The position numbers were made by a program, and so were the translations under genes. This document shows, one piece after another, positions 38,251 through 48,339 of a stretch of DNA of 64,000 nucleotides. How positions within the stretch are numbered: position 1 is the first letter of the stretch; every line of letters begins with the position of its first letter. The notes under the pieces are model-generated. The model was not told the origin of the DNA, made no database searches, and was given only the letters and a program-made list of their open reading frames with translations. Source of the DNA: Thermodesulfobacteriota bacterium (GTDB lineage: Bacteria; Desulfobacterota_D; UBA1144; Nemesobacterales; Nemesobacteraceae); contig OZ242379.1 in assembly GCA_965209225.1 (NCBI GenBank), positions 934,762 through 998,761 on the forward strand, written 5' to 3'.

Positions 38251-40203
38251 ATGTCAAGCAAAAGGGAATCGCGGATTCTGAAACTGCTCAGCGAAGACAA
38301 GGGGAAAAGCCTCTCCGAGGGCAATATCCTCAGGGGGCTTGATATGCCCGAGAGAAAAAGAGAGAAACTCCGGGCTACGCTGAAGAGTATGGCCCTCGAG
38401 GGGAAGCTTAAAAGAACTTCCAAGGGTCTCTACCGTCTTCGAAAACATCGGAAAAAGGGTGTTGCCAAAAACAGTCGGCATCTGGATTTCCCCGTATCTC
38501 TTCTTAACGGGAACCGCAGGAAAATCGTTCCAGCCGGCATCTCAAACGGTAGCACCCTGAGGGCTCTGGCCGACTTGAGAGAAAACACGGGGGGATTTGT
38601 TGCCTGTCCCAGAAAAGCGGAACTCTTCGAGTATGAGATTGAAACCGGAGGGTGGAAAAAGAATTTTTCCGGCGGGGAACTCGTAGTCATAGAGATTAAG
38701 CCCGGGAAACAGTCTGCAAGAGTGACCGAGCGCCTAGGGATATCCGGAGAAATCGAAACTGAAAAAAGGGGGATTATCTCCGAGTATGGTCTCGCGAAGG
38801 GTTTTTCGCGCAACGTGATAAAAGAAGTCGCGGGTCTGAGCGCGGAGTTATCAAACGGGAACCTTTCTTCGAGAGTGAATCTTGAAAAAGAGACTATTTT
38901 CACCATAGACGGGGATGACGCGAAGGATTTTGACGATGCGGTAGGCATAACAAAAATCCGCAGGGGGTACAGACTCCGGGTAAGTATAGCGGACGTTTCT
39001 CATTACGTGGCTTGCGGAAGCGCGTGTGACGAGGAGGCCGCCCGCAGGGCCACCAGCACCTACCTTTCAGACAGGGTGATTCCTATGCTTCCCAAGAGAC
39101 TTTCAAACGATCTCTGCAGCCTGCGCCCCGGAAGAAGACGGCTTACCAAGACGGTCGAGATGGATTTCGATTTTTCGGGAAAGCTCAGGGATTCTAGGAT
39201 ATACAACAGCGTGATAAAAAGCTGCGCGAGGCTTACGTACTCCGAAGCCGCGGCCGTTTTGGAGGGAAGCGGCACTGCTTCATCCCCCCGCGGCAAAAAC
39301 ATCGTTTCTTCCCTGCTTCTGATGAAAGAGCTTTACCGCAAGCTCAGGGAGCTTAGGATCGGCAAAGGCGGTCTTGACTTTGATTTTCCCGAGGCCGTGC
39401 TGCTTCGCGATTCCAAGGGAGAAGTAAGCGACGTCGACAGGCTTAAACGGAATGTCGCCCACGAGATAATAGAAGAGTTCATGATCATGGCCAACTCCGT
39501 CGTCGCGGAGTTTGTTTTCAGAAACGGTTTCGAATCGATTTACAGGATTCACGAACCCCCGGACCCGGATTCCATAGAGCAACTGCGCGAAAGCCTTCTC
39601 AAAACAGGTATCAAGGCAAACTTCGGAGGCCGGGTCAGGCAGCAGGACATCCAGGCGGTGATGAAAGCTGCTTCGGGAAGAAAGGACCGGGAGCAGATAA
39701 ATTTTATGATTCTGCGTGCGCTCAAAAAAGCCGTTTACTCAACAAAGCATGTTCCCCACTTCGGTCTCGCTATAGACGATTACACCCACTTCACTTCCCC
39801 CATAAGAAGGTATCCTGACCTTGTTGTTCACAGAATTATCGACGAAATACTGCAGAAAAGAACCCCTTCGTACGACTCCGCCCGTCTCAAGCGGATAGCC
39901 GAACGCTGCTCGATTCTGGAGAAAACGGCCGAGGATGCGGAGCGCCAGTTTATGAACCTTGAGACGGCGAATTTCATGAAAAGCCGAATCGGTGACATAT
40001 TCCACGGGAAAGTGCTGAGCATACATTCCTTCGGGATTTTCATAGAAATAGAAGAGCACTTCGTCGAGGGGCTTATCCCCGAGCGCTTTTACAAGATCAG
40101 GGGCAGAAAAAGAAAGTGGTTCGAACTCGGGGAGGAAGTTCGCGTGGAGCTTGTATCAGCGGACATGGAGAGAAGAAGGCTTACTTTCAATCTGGCATCC
40201 TGA
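38251..40203 (+). CDS. rnr: ribonuclease R
   Basis: RNB domain (TIDGDDAKDFDDAVG) plus C-terminal S1 domain. Confidence 0.95.
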   Translation: MSSKRESRILKLLSEDKGKSLSEGNILRGLDMPERKREKLRATLKSMALEGKLKRTSKGLYRLRKHRKKGVAKNSRHLDFPVSLLNGNRRKIVPAGISNGSTLRALADLRENTGGFVACPRKAELFEYEIETGGWKKNFSGGELVVIEIKPGKQSARVTERLGISGEIETEKRGIISEYGLAKGFSRNVIKEVAGLSAELSNGNLSSRVNLEKETIFTIDGDDAKDFDDAVGITKIRRGYRLRVSIADVSHYVACGSACDEEAARRATSTYLSDRVIPMLPKRLSNDLCSLRPGRRRLTKTVEMDFDFSGKLRDSRIYNSVIKSCARLTYSEAAAVLEGSGTASSPRGKNIVSSLLLMKELYRKLRELRIGKGGLDFDFPEAVLLRDSKGEVSDVDRLKRNVAHEIIEEFMIMANSVVAEFVFRNGFESIYRIHEPPDPDSIEQLRESLLKTGIKANFGGRVRQQDIQAVMKAASGRKDREQINFMILRALKKAVYSTKHVPHFGLAIDDYTHFTSPIRRYPDLVVHRIIDEILQKRTPSYDSARLKRIAERCSILEKTAEDAERQFMNLETANFMKSRIGDIFHGKVLSIHSFGIFIEIEEHFVEGLIPERFYKIRGRKRKWFELGEEVRVELVSADMERRRLTFNLAS

Positions 40204-40212
40204 CCGTCTTTT

Positions 40213-41331
40213 TCAGTTAACGGTATCCGGCAAGCGGTAGCTTGTGCTTCGTCCGCCGCCGGGGTTCTGAATAAAAATGCCGCGTGACTTTAAGTGCTGA
40301 ATGTCCCGTAATGCCGTATCTGTGGAGCACTTGGCCAGTTTTGCATATTTTGAGGTGTTCATGTGTCCCTTAAAATCATCCTCGAGCATACGGTTAATAA
40401 TCAGACGCTGACGCTTGTTGACAGGCTGCCGATTAATCTTTTCCCATAACTGCGATTTAAACAAGACGGTGCTCAGCGTATCTTCAGCGCTGGCAATTGC
40501 GCGACCAAGGCAATCCAGAAACCATTCAAGCCAACCCGTTACCTCCGGCGTGCCGCGTTGCTGGTTTTCCAACTGGTCATAATAATCCTTGCGCTCAGAT
40601 TCAAATTGCGATGAAAGGCTGTAAAAGCGGTCTACCATGCCGTCAGCGCGCGCCAGGGCCATATCGGCAATCGCCCTTGCAATACGTCCATTACCGTCTT
40701 CAAATGGATGAATCGTCACAAACCACAGATGGGCAATACCGGCTCTGAGCACGGGGTCAGTATCATCTTTGCTCTCAAACCATACCAGAAACCTCGTCAT
40801 CTCACGTTCAAGGTGCTCTGCGTTCGGAGCCTCGAAATGAACTTTTTCACGTCCTGCAGGACCTGAAACCACTTGCATGGGATCGGATTCGACGGAGCGC
40901 CAGCCGCCGACTGTGATGCGACGCATGCCGCTGCGACTTGTTGGAAACAGTGCCGCATGCCAGTCAAACAATCTGTCTTTTGTTAAGGGCCTGGCAGATT
41001 GCTGGGTCGCATCCAGCATCATTTCAACAATACCCTCAACATCTTGGTTCACTGACGTAATGCCGGCGATATCAATGCCTAGTCGGCGAGCGATTGATGA
41101 GCGAACCTCTTGCGGGTTCAGATTTTCTCCCTCGATGGCTGATGATTTAACAACATCGCTTGTCAGTGTTCCGAGACTTGCTTCTTGCTTGAGTTCGAAA
41201 CCTAATCCTTCCATTCTGCCTAACAGACGACCCTGACGGTGTCGAATATCTGCAAGCTTGGAAGCGAGTTTTTTGAGATTCCAAGTGAAGTCCGGCCAGT
41301 TATGATGCTCATGTATCCACATATCATTCAC
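40213..41331 (-). CDS. Fic family protein with DUF4172-type N-terminus and C-terminal wHTH; compositionally foreign
   Basis: HPFEDGNGRIARAIAD Fic motif, SSAIEGE inhibitory motif; codon usage (CTG/CGT/GCG-rich) differs from neighbours. Confidence 0.9.
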   Translation of the reverse strand: MNDMWIHEHHNWPDFTWNLKKLASKLADIRHRQGRLLGRMEGLGFELKQEASLGTLTSDVVKSSAIEGENLNPQEVRSSIARRLGIDIAGITSVNQDVEGIVEMMLDATQQSARPLTKDRLFDWHAALFPTSRSGMRRITVGGWRSVESDPMQVVSGPAGREKVHFEAPNAEHLEREMTRFLVWFESKDDTDPVLRAGIAHLWFVTIHPFEDGNGRIARAIADMALARADGMVDRFYSLSSQFESERKDYYDQLENQQRGTPEVTGWLEWFLDCLGRAIASAEDTLSTVLFKSQLWEKINRQPVNKRQRLIINRMLEDDFKGHMNTSKYAKLAKCSTDTALRDIQHLKSRGIFIQNPGGGRSTSYRLPDTVN

Positions 41332-41396
41332 CGCGTTGTTTGCAGTGATTGTATCTTGTATTAATCACGCAAGCAAGAAAATCGCCGCAAAATATA

Positions 41397-41421
41397 CGGT
41401 GAATAAATGTGCTATTCACCG
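41397..41421. promoter_or_regulatory. perfect 9-bp-arm palindrome CGGTGAATA-n7-TATTCACCG upstream of foreign Fic gene (operator candidate)
   Basis: Inverted repeat within the 266-bp Fic-tRNA intergenic region. Confidence 0.4.
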
Positions 41422-41597
41422 CATAACAGCATGGATGGCTTTTTTCGGTTCTTCGTATATATGACGATTACCTAAGCTTGGATTAGGCGTATATGTTTCG
41501 ATACGGTTTGCTTTTTCCAAGAATAAGGTTCGGCCGGCAATACTTGGCTTCCGACGGAGTTTGCTGTCTCTGGATAGAATAACTCGGGGTGAGCTGA

Positions 41598-41688
41598 TGG
41601 CGGAGGGAGTGGGATTCGAACCCACGAGGGCCAAAAAGACCCCACTGGTTTTCGAGACCAGCGCCTTAAACCGCTCGGCCATCCCTCC
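41598..41688 (-). tRNA. tRNA-Ser (CGA), long variable arm, CCA encoded
   Basis: Reverse complement reads GGAGGGATGGCCGAGCGGTTTAAGGCG...CTCGAAA anticodon loop...GGTTCGAATCCCACTCCCTCCGCCA. Confidence 0.9.
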
Positions 41689-41783
41689 TCCGACACGCAA
41701 AACAGGCTACCGAAGCCCGAGGGGCAAGGCAACATCTCCCGGAAAGTTTTGTTATTAACGCCTCTGTGTAAACTTAAGCGGAT

Positions 41784-44288
41784 ATGATTGAAAGCTACTT
41801 TACCCCTGAGGCTGCAGAGTTCATCAGGGAGGCAATAACTGAGGCCTATGGAAACGAGGTCTTTTTAGTCGGCAGGGTAAATGAAAATTCTCTGGTCTGC
41901 GATATAAAAGTCCTTGCGCGCGGCAACCGCCAGGCGGTTCCGGCCATCCTTGACGCGGCGAAAACGGGGAACGTGGTTGTGCATAATCATCCCTCGGGCA
42001 ACCTCGAACCTTCACCCCAGGACGTGGCAGTCGCTTCGGCTTTCGGAAACAAGGGCGTCGGTTTCTACATAGTGGACAGCGAGGTCGAGAAGGTGTACGT
42101 AGTTGTTGAGCCTTTTGTTCCGGGGGAGAAGGTACGTGTTGACAATGAATCCGCGAGGGAATATCTTCTGCCCGCAGGTCCCGTGGCCCGCGTCCTGGGA
42201 GAGAAATACGAGCACAGGGAGGAGCAGCTGGAAGTCCTCTCAAACGTAATTGACGCATTCAACGAGGAACACCTCTCAATGATAGAGGCCGGCACGGGCA
42301 CCGGAAAAACTCTTTCCTACCTCATCCCTTCCATTCTCTGGTCAATTGGCAACAGTGAGAGGGTTCTGGTCTCAACAAACACCATCAATCTTCAGGAACA
42401 GCTGATAAACAAGGATCTTCCCCTTCTTCGGGATCTTTTCCCGAGGAAATTTGATTACGCTCTCGTTAAGGGAATGAGAAACTACTTCTGTCTTCTCCGC
42501 GGCGAAGCCGTCGGGCAGGATCTTTTCGATTTTATAGACGACGGGGAAAGAGGTTCCATGAAGGATATTCTTGAGTGGGCCAGGACCACCTCGGACGGCT
42601 CACTTTCCGATCTTGCGCTCACGCCCCCTGACGATGTGTGGGACAGGGTGTCTGCGGAAAGCGAAAGCTGCCCGGGGACCAAGTGCCCCCACTATTCGAG
42701 CTGCTTTTTCTTCAAGTCGCGGAGGGATCTCTCGAGGGCCTCGGTGCTGGTTGCCAACCACCACATGCTTTTCTCCGATATTGCTATAAAAGGGACTGCG
42801 GGACCCGATTCGGATTTCGGGATAATTCCCCGCTACGCGAAGGTCGTTTTCGACGAGGCGCACAATATCGCCGAGGCGGCCACTTCGCACTTCAGTCTGA
42901 AACTTAGCAAGCACGGAATTGCGAAGACGCTTTCAAAGCTTCGTTCCCGGAAAAACAGGGACAAGGGGCTTGTATCCTACATCTCGCACCTCGCGCAGAA
43001 AGAAAAGGATTCCGCCCTCAGGGAGGTTTTCGAGCGCTCGGCCGGCGGGCTTGCGAGGGCCGTTGAGCGCATAGAGACGGTAAGCGAAGAGGTCTTTAAT
43101 TCGCTTTACGGTTTTGGGGCGGATCTCTCGGGCGAAACGTCGATAAGCCTGAGGCTCACAGAAGAGGTTATGCGGCACGAGAAGTGGCCTGCCGTTGAGG
43201 AGCGGTTCGGGGCGCTTGAGAAAACTCTCTTTTCGCTTGAAAACGAGATTGCCCATCTGCTCGGAGTAGTCGAGGGATCACCTCACGCGGATTCCCACAT
43301 AAAACTCACCGCTGAGCTTGGAGGCATCGCTAAGAGGTCCCTTGCTTTCCGCGAAGCCATAGGAAGGTTTTTTGGCGAGCAGGACGAGAGCTATATAAGA
43401 TGGTTTGAAGGGAACCGCAGAAGGGCGGCGATTTTCTGCTCCATCAACCTCTCCCCGCTTGATGTATCCAAGGAGCTTTCGGAAAAGCTCTACTCGAAAA
43501 CCAAAACCGTCGTTATGACTTCCGCGTCGCTTGCCGTGGATAAGAATTTCGATTTCCAGAGGAAAAACATCGGGCTTTCGGATAATGAAAGATTCAGGGG
43601 GCTTATTGTTGATTCACCGTTTGATTTCCGAACGCAGTCCCTGCTGCTGGTCCCGTCGGATATGCCCGAGCCCGGGCGCGAGGACTACGAAGATTCCCTC
43701 GCGCGGATACTCTCGGACTCGATCTCCGTAACGAACGGAAACGCCCTCGTGCTTTTCACCTCTTATTCCTCGCTTAACAGGGTTTATGAAAAGACGGGGA
43801 AAATTCTTGAGACCATCGGGGCCGTCCCGGTCAGTCTTTTCAGGCAGGGGGAAATGCCCAGGGGTCTGCTGCTTGAAAAATTCAAAACGCTTGGGAACTC
43901 GGTGCTTTTCGCGACCGACAGCTTCTGGGAAGGAGTAGACATTCCCGGGGACTCCCTGAAGATGGTCGTTATATGCAGACTTCCCTTCAAGGTTCCCACG
44001 GATCCGGTTACGGAGGCGAAAATCGAGTACATGGAAAAACAGGATATGGATTCGTTTCGCGAATACATACTTCCCCACGCGGTACTCAGGTTCAAGCAGG
44101 GCTTCGGAAGACTCATACGCACCAAGACGGACCGCGGTGTTGTTATGGTTCTTGACAGGCGCATCGTGTCGAAGTACTACGGGAAATTCTTTATCAACTC
44201 CGTTGCGGGGAGCGGCTTCTTCTGCGCGAAGACGGAACAGGTACTCGGACGGATGCGGGATTTTTTCTCTGAGGAGCGAGAGCACTGA
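41784..44288 (+). CDS. dinG: RadC-like JAB/MPN domain fused to DinG-family (Rad3/XPD-like) ATP-dependent DNA helicase
   Basis: N-terminal HNHPSGNLEPSPQD JAMM/RadC motif (aa ~60-75); then Walker A AGTGTGKT, DEAH box VVFDEAHN and C-terminal helicase motifs. Confidence 0.8.
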   Translation: MIESYFTPEAAEFIREAITEAYGNEVFLVGRVNENSLVCDIKVLARGNRQAVPAILDAAKTGNVVVHNHPSGNLEPSPQDVAVASAFGNKGVGFYIVDSEVEKVYVVVEPFVPGEKVRVDNESAREYLLPAGPVARVLGEKYEHREEQLEVLSNVIDAFNEEHLSMIEAGTGTGKTLSYLIPSILWSIGNSERVLVSTNTINLQEQLINKDLPLLRDLFPRKFDYALVKGMRNYFCLLRGEAVGQDLFDFIDDGERGSMKDILEWARTTSDGSLSDLALTPPDDVWDRVSAESESCPGTKCPHYSSCFFFKSRRDLSRASVLVANHHMLFSDIAIKGTAGPDSDFGIIPRYAKVVFDEAHNIAEAATSHFSLKLSKHGIAKTLSKLRSRKNRDKGLVSYISHLAQKEKDSALREVFERSAGGLARAVERIETVSEEVFNSLYGFGADLSGETSISLRLTEEVMRHEKWPAVEERFGALEKTLFSLENEIAHLLGVVEGSPHADSHIKLTAELGGIAKRSLAFREAIGRFFGEQDESYIRWFEGNRRRAAIFCSINLSPLDVSKELSEKLYSKTKTVVMTSASLAVDKNFDFQRKNIGLSDNERFRGLIVDSPFDFRTQSLLLVPSDMPEPGREDYEDSLARILSDSISVTNGNALVLFTSYSSLNRVYEKTGKILETIGAVPVSLFRQGEMPRGLLLEKFKTLGNSVLFATDSFWEGVDIPGDSLKMVVICRLPFKVPTDPVTEAKIEYMEKQDMDSFREYILPHAVLRFKQGFGRLIRTKTDRGVVMVLDRRIVSKYYGKFFINSVAGSGFFCAKTEQVLGRMRDFFSEEREH

Positions 44289-44297
44289 ATTTCTTAG

Positions 44298-44684
44298 ATG
44301 CGTAGAGCGAAAAACGGCGAAAAGCAGCGGCTGGAGAATGTTTTCAGAAAACTAGGCAGATCCCGGTTCCGTTCCGGGTTCAGGCTGAATGCCAAGGAGA
44401 CGTCTTATCTCAGGCAAAAAGGGCTCCCCGAAGTGCTTTCGCACGGAAGGGATTTCCTTCTCAAAAGGCTTGCCCCCGCTTTGCCCCCTGACGACGGGAA
44501 GCAGACTCCGTGGGGCGGACATCCCGTGTTTCGCGCCCAGCATGCCACGGCCACATGTTGTCGGAGCTGCCTGCTGAAGTGGCACGGCATCCCTAAGAAA
44601 AGAAAGCTCACGGAACAGGAAATTGATTATATTCTTCTGGCAATTGAGATGTGGCTTTCGGCTCAGGGAGTTCCGCAGGAGTGA
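44298..44684 (+). CDS. DUF4186 family protein
   Basis: RLAPALPPDDGKQTPWGGHPVFRAQHATATCCRSCLLKWHGI conserved core. Confidence 0.7.
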   Translation: MRRAKNGEKQRLENVFRKLGRSRFRSGFRLNAKETSYLRQKGLPEVLSHGRDFLLKRLAPALPPDDGKQTPWGGHPVFRAQHATATCCRSCLLKWHGIPKKRKLTEQEIDYILLAIEMWLSAQGVPQE

Positions 44685-44757
44685 TTTCCAAAAAAATTTT
44701 GTTTTATGTTAAAATATCGGGAGATATAGAAAGTTTTATGTTACGGAGCTAGAAAAC

Positions 44758-46884
44758 ATGGATGAAGAAACGCCGGCGCTGCCCGAGCTTGTAGCGGATG
44801 AGATCGACGAATTCGAACAGCAGGTCTCCGACTACATGAACGGGAAGATAAGCGAGGTGAAATTCCAGAAGATAAGACTCCAGCTGGGGGTGTACGCGCA
44901 GCGCCAGGAAGGAGTCCAGATGCAGAGGATAAAGATTCCCTACGGGAAACTGAGTTCCGCTCAACTGAGAAAACTTGCGGACGTTTCAGACAAGTACGCA
45001 AGTGGCTTCTTTCACCTTACGACCCGTCAGGACGCTCAGCTTTACTACGTCAACCTCAAAACTGTTCCCGACATGATGAGGGATCTTGCAAGTGCGGGGA
45101 TCACAACTCGCGAAGCCTGCGGCAACACAATAAGAAACGTCACGGCTTCCCCGGTAACCGGGGCTTCGCCTACGGAAACCTTTGACGTGACTCCTTACGC
45201 CGAGGCGTTTAAGCAGTTTATGCTCCGAAACCCCATATGCCAGAACATGGGAAGGAAATTCAAGGTCTGCTTTGAGAGCAACCCGGACGTCGACAACGCG
45301 GGAATCCGCATCCATGATCTGGGTTTTCGCGCCAGAGTAAGGGAAGAGGATGGAAAGCACGGCTTTCAGGTCTACGTCGGCGGGGGGCTCGGCGCTTCGC
45401 CTTCGCTCGGACATCTCTGGACGGAATTCATGCCGGTTGAGGAGATGATACCTTTTTCGGCTTCGGTCGTCAGGATCTTTGACAGGTACGGCGAGAGAAA
45501 GGTTAGGATGAAGGCCAGAATGAAGTTTCTTGTGAGGAAACTTGGCTTTGAGAAGTTCAGAGAGGTAGTCGAGCAGGAAAGGGCTTCGCTTGAGGTCGAT
45601 CCTTCGTGGAACGACTATCTTGAGGCAATCGACCGGGAGCACGAAACCCCCGGGCCGAACGGACACGACCTTCCGGACGCTCCTGTCTGGGTGGAGGATG
45701 ACCCGGGTTTTACGGAGTGGCGGCGAAAGAACGTTTCTCCGGCGGGGGTCGAGGGATATTCGATCGTTAACGTGAGAGTGCTTCTGGGAGACGTTCCGGC
45801 CGATACCGCAAGAGCGCTTGCGGACATGATAGACACTTACGCGGACGGTTCCATACGGATAACTATCCAGCAGAATTTCGTGATCAGATGGGTTCCCGAC
45901 CAGTCCATCCCCTCGCTTTACGCCGACCTTAAAGAGACGGGCATTTCTGATTCGGGCGCGGACACTTTCGAAGATGTAACCGCCTGCCCGGGTGCCGACA
46001 CCTGCCGTCTGGGCATCACTTCGGCCAAGGGCCTTGCGACGAAGCTTACCAGCATGATGGATAACGGTCTTGGAAAATACAAGGAGACTCTCGGGGATCT
46101 CAGGATCAAGATATCCGGCTGCCCCAACGCTTGCGCTCAGCATGTTTCGGCCAGCATAGGGTTCCAGGGAGCGTCCATAACCAGAGAAGGCAGAAGCGTT
46201 CCTGCCGAGATGCTTTTCCTCGGCGGAGGACTTTACGGAGACGACTCGCGCCTTGCTATGCCGGTCACCAAGATTCCGACCAGAAACGCTCCCAAGGTTG
46301 TCCAGAGACTGCTTGAGATATACGAGAGGGAAAAAGAGGATGGCGAGCATTTTGACCTCACGATGAAAAGGCTCGGCGCCAAGTACATCAAGGAAGCGGT
46401 CTCCGAGTTCAACGAGATTCCCTCGTACGAGGATGATCCCGATTTTTACACCGACTGGGGACACGAAGAGAAGAAATTCGCCGTTCAGCAGGGAGTGAGA
46501 GGAGAGTGCGCGGGGGTTACCGTCGAGGAGAAGATCCCGGTTTTCTCAGACGCGGAAAAGCGTCTTGAGCGGGCCCAGGCCCTTTTCCTGCACGGCGACT
46601 ACGAGGCATGCATAAACGAGCTTTACCTTGCGTGTTCCGAGAGCGCCCATGTACCTCTCTACACCAAGCTTGTCGACCCGTTCACTCCGGAGCAGACGAT
46701 CTGGGAGTTTGAGAACCTTATCGTGAGAACCGGGGAAACCGATGAGAAATGGTTTGACGTCTCGCGCAGACTGGGCGAATATAGGAATGGAGAGGCGTCG
46801 GCGTCAAAAGCCATAGAGTTTCTTGAAGTTGCCAAGGGTTTTCACTCCGACTGCGAGAGGGTTCAGGAGCAACTGATTGCGTAG
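44758..46884 (+). CDS. nitrite/sulfite reductase family hemoprotein (siroheme/4Fe-4S, ferredoxin-dependent type) with C-terminal extension
   Basis: CPGADTCRLG and SGCPNACAQH cluster-binding motifs, duplicated NiR/SiR ferredoxin-like halves. Confidence 0.85.
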   Translation: MDEETPALPELVADEIDEFEQQVSDYMNGKISEVKFQKIRLQLGVYAQRQEGVQMQRIKIPYGKLSSAQLRKLADVSDKYASGFFHLTTRQDAQLYYVNLKTVPDMMRDLASAGITTREACGNTIRNVTASPVTGASPTETFDVTPYAEAFKQFMLRNPICQNMGRKFKVCFESNPDVDNAGIRIHDLGFRARVREEDGKHGFQVYVGGGLGASPSLGHLWTEFMPVEEMIPFSASVVRIFDRYGERKVRMKARMKFLVRKLGFEKFREVVEQERASLEVDPSWNDYLEAIDREHETPGPNGHDLPDAPVWVEDDPGFTEWRRKNVSPAGVEGYSIVNVRVLLGDVPADTARALADMIDTYADGSIRITIQQNFVIRWVPDQSIPSLYADLKETGISDSGADTFEDVTACPGADTCRLGITSAKGLATKLTSMMDNGLGKYKETLGDLRIKISGCPNACAQHVSASIGFQGASITREGRSVPAEMLFLGGGLYGDDSRLAMPVTKIPTRNAPKVVQRLLEIYEREKEDGEHFDLTMKRLGAKYIKEAVSEFNEIPSYEDDPDFYTDWGHEEKKFAVQQGVRGECAGVTVEEKIPVFSDAEKRLERAQALFLHGDYEACINELYLACSESAHVPLYTKLVDPFTPEQTIWEFENLIVRTGETDEKWFDVSRRLGEYRNGEASASKAIEFLEVAKGFHSDCERVQEQLIA

Positions 46885-46898
46885 GGGCCGGAAAAGAC

Positions 46899-47333
46899 TC
46901 AATAACCTCCGGTTATATATTTCTTGAGCGCCTCGATCTCGAATTTCTGACGGGAGATAATGTGGTTTATGATGTCGCCGCTTGTCACCATCCCGCAAAG
47001 CTTGCCGTCCTCTATTACCGGAATGTGTCTTATCTTGTTCGCCGTCATAACGGCCATGCTTTCCTGGATCGGGTCGTCGGGCGAACCGTAGATCACATCT
47101 CTGATCATGAGTTCGCTTATTTTCGTGTTCGCAGAAGACCTTCCCTGAAGAATAACCTTCCTCGCGTAGTCTCGCTCGGAGAATATTCCGACGACCTTTT
47201 CCCCCTCAAGCACGAGCAGAGCGCCTATCTCCTTTTCCGCCATCATCTGGAGAGCGCTGTATACCGTCTCATCCGGCCCTATCGACCACACGCTTGAGCC
47301 CTTGTGTTTAAGTATGTGTCTTAGATTCTCCAT
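46899..47333 (-). CDS. CBS domain pair protein
   Basis: Two CBS repeats (GIFSERD, GMVTSGDI). Confidence 0.8.
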   Translation of the reverse strand: MENLRHILKHKGSSVWSIGPDETVYSALQMMAEKEIGALLVLEGEKVVGIFSERDYARKVILQGRSSANTKISELMIRDVIYGSPDDPIQESMAVMTANKIRHIPVIEDGKLCGMVTSGDIINHIISRQKFEIEALKKYITGGY

Positions 47334-47576
47334 GATGCACTCTGTCTCTTACGTTTCGCGACCTCTGTTATCAAGTATATAAGTTTTTCGCGGCAAAACA
47401 AACGGCATACGTCCCGAAGGTGGGGGCGGCGAAGCGGGCTCAGGATATCGGGAACTGGCACTTGCTTTCCGCGGCTGCCTTCAGGATATTTCATCTCTTT
47501 GGGAATTGCTCGTATAGTATTATATCTGTGTTAATTGTCCGGGTATGCGGAATGACTTTACTGATTCTTTTTCGAA

Positions 47577-48272
47577 ATGGACAAGACCGAAGAACTTAAA
47601 AAAGCCGCGGGCGTAAAAGCCGTTGACTTCCTGCGTGCGGGCATGCTTGTCGGACTCGGCACCGGGTCGACTGCGGAGTTTGCCATCAAAGAGATCTCAA
47701 GGCGTGCAAGAGACGGCCGGCTTTCGGGCATATACTGCGTTCCAAGTTCCGAAAGAACAAGGAATTTTGCAGAGTCTCTGGGTCTTGATCTTGTTGAACT
47801 CGATATGGGGAAGATGATTGACGTGACCATTGACGGAGCGGATGAAATCGACTCCGATTTCAACCTTATAAAGGGGGGAGGAGGAGCGCTTCTCAGGGAA
47901 AAGGTGCTTGCCCAAAACAGCAGGAGAAACATAGTCGTCGCAGACGAATCAAAGCTCTCTCAGCACCTTGGCACTCATTTCCCCGTTCCCGTAGAAGTGC
48001 TTCGATTTGCCCTTGAAGCTGAAAAAAACTACCTTGAGACACTCGGCGGAGAAACGGAACTGCGACTTGCACAAGACGGTTCTCCTTTCCTGACTGACCA
48101 GCGCAACTTTATAGTTGACTGGAGTTGCGGGGAGATTGAAGACCCGTCCTGTTTTGCGAACCGGCTGTCGGAGAGAGCGGGAATAATTGAGCATGGCATT
48201 TTTGTAGGAACCGCAACTGATTTAGTAATAGGGTTTTCGCGAGGGGTGAAACATTTTATCCCGGGCGAATAA
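47577..48272 (+). CDS. rpiA: ribose-5-phosphate isomerase A
   Basis: KKAAGVKAVDFLRAGMLVGLGTGSTA N-terminus, DGADE motif. Confidence 0.9.
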   Translation: MDKTEELKKAAGVKAVDFLRAGMLVGLGTGSTAEFAIKEISRRARDGRLSGIYCVPSSERTRNFAESLGLDLVELDMGKMIDVTIDGADEIDSDFNLIKGGGGALLREKVLAQNSRRNIVVADESKLSQHLGTHFPVPVEVLRFALEAEKNYLETLGGETELRLAQDGSPFLTDQRNFIVDWSCGEIEDPSCFANRLSERAGIIEHGIFVGTATDLVIGFSRGVKHFIPGE

Positions 48273-48339
48273 ACTGGATTAAATACTTCTCGGCTTTGAA
48301 AATGCAGATCGCAGTTATGTACAAGATTGCAGGTAAAGA

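Noticed and set aside
41416-41758. ORFs 41416-41700(-), 41472-41735(-), 41561-41758(+) overlapping tRNA-Ser
   Set aside because: They overlap a clear tRNA cloverleaf and are translation artefacts.
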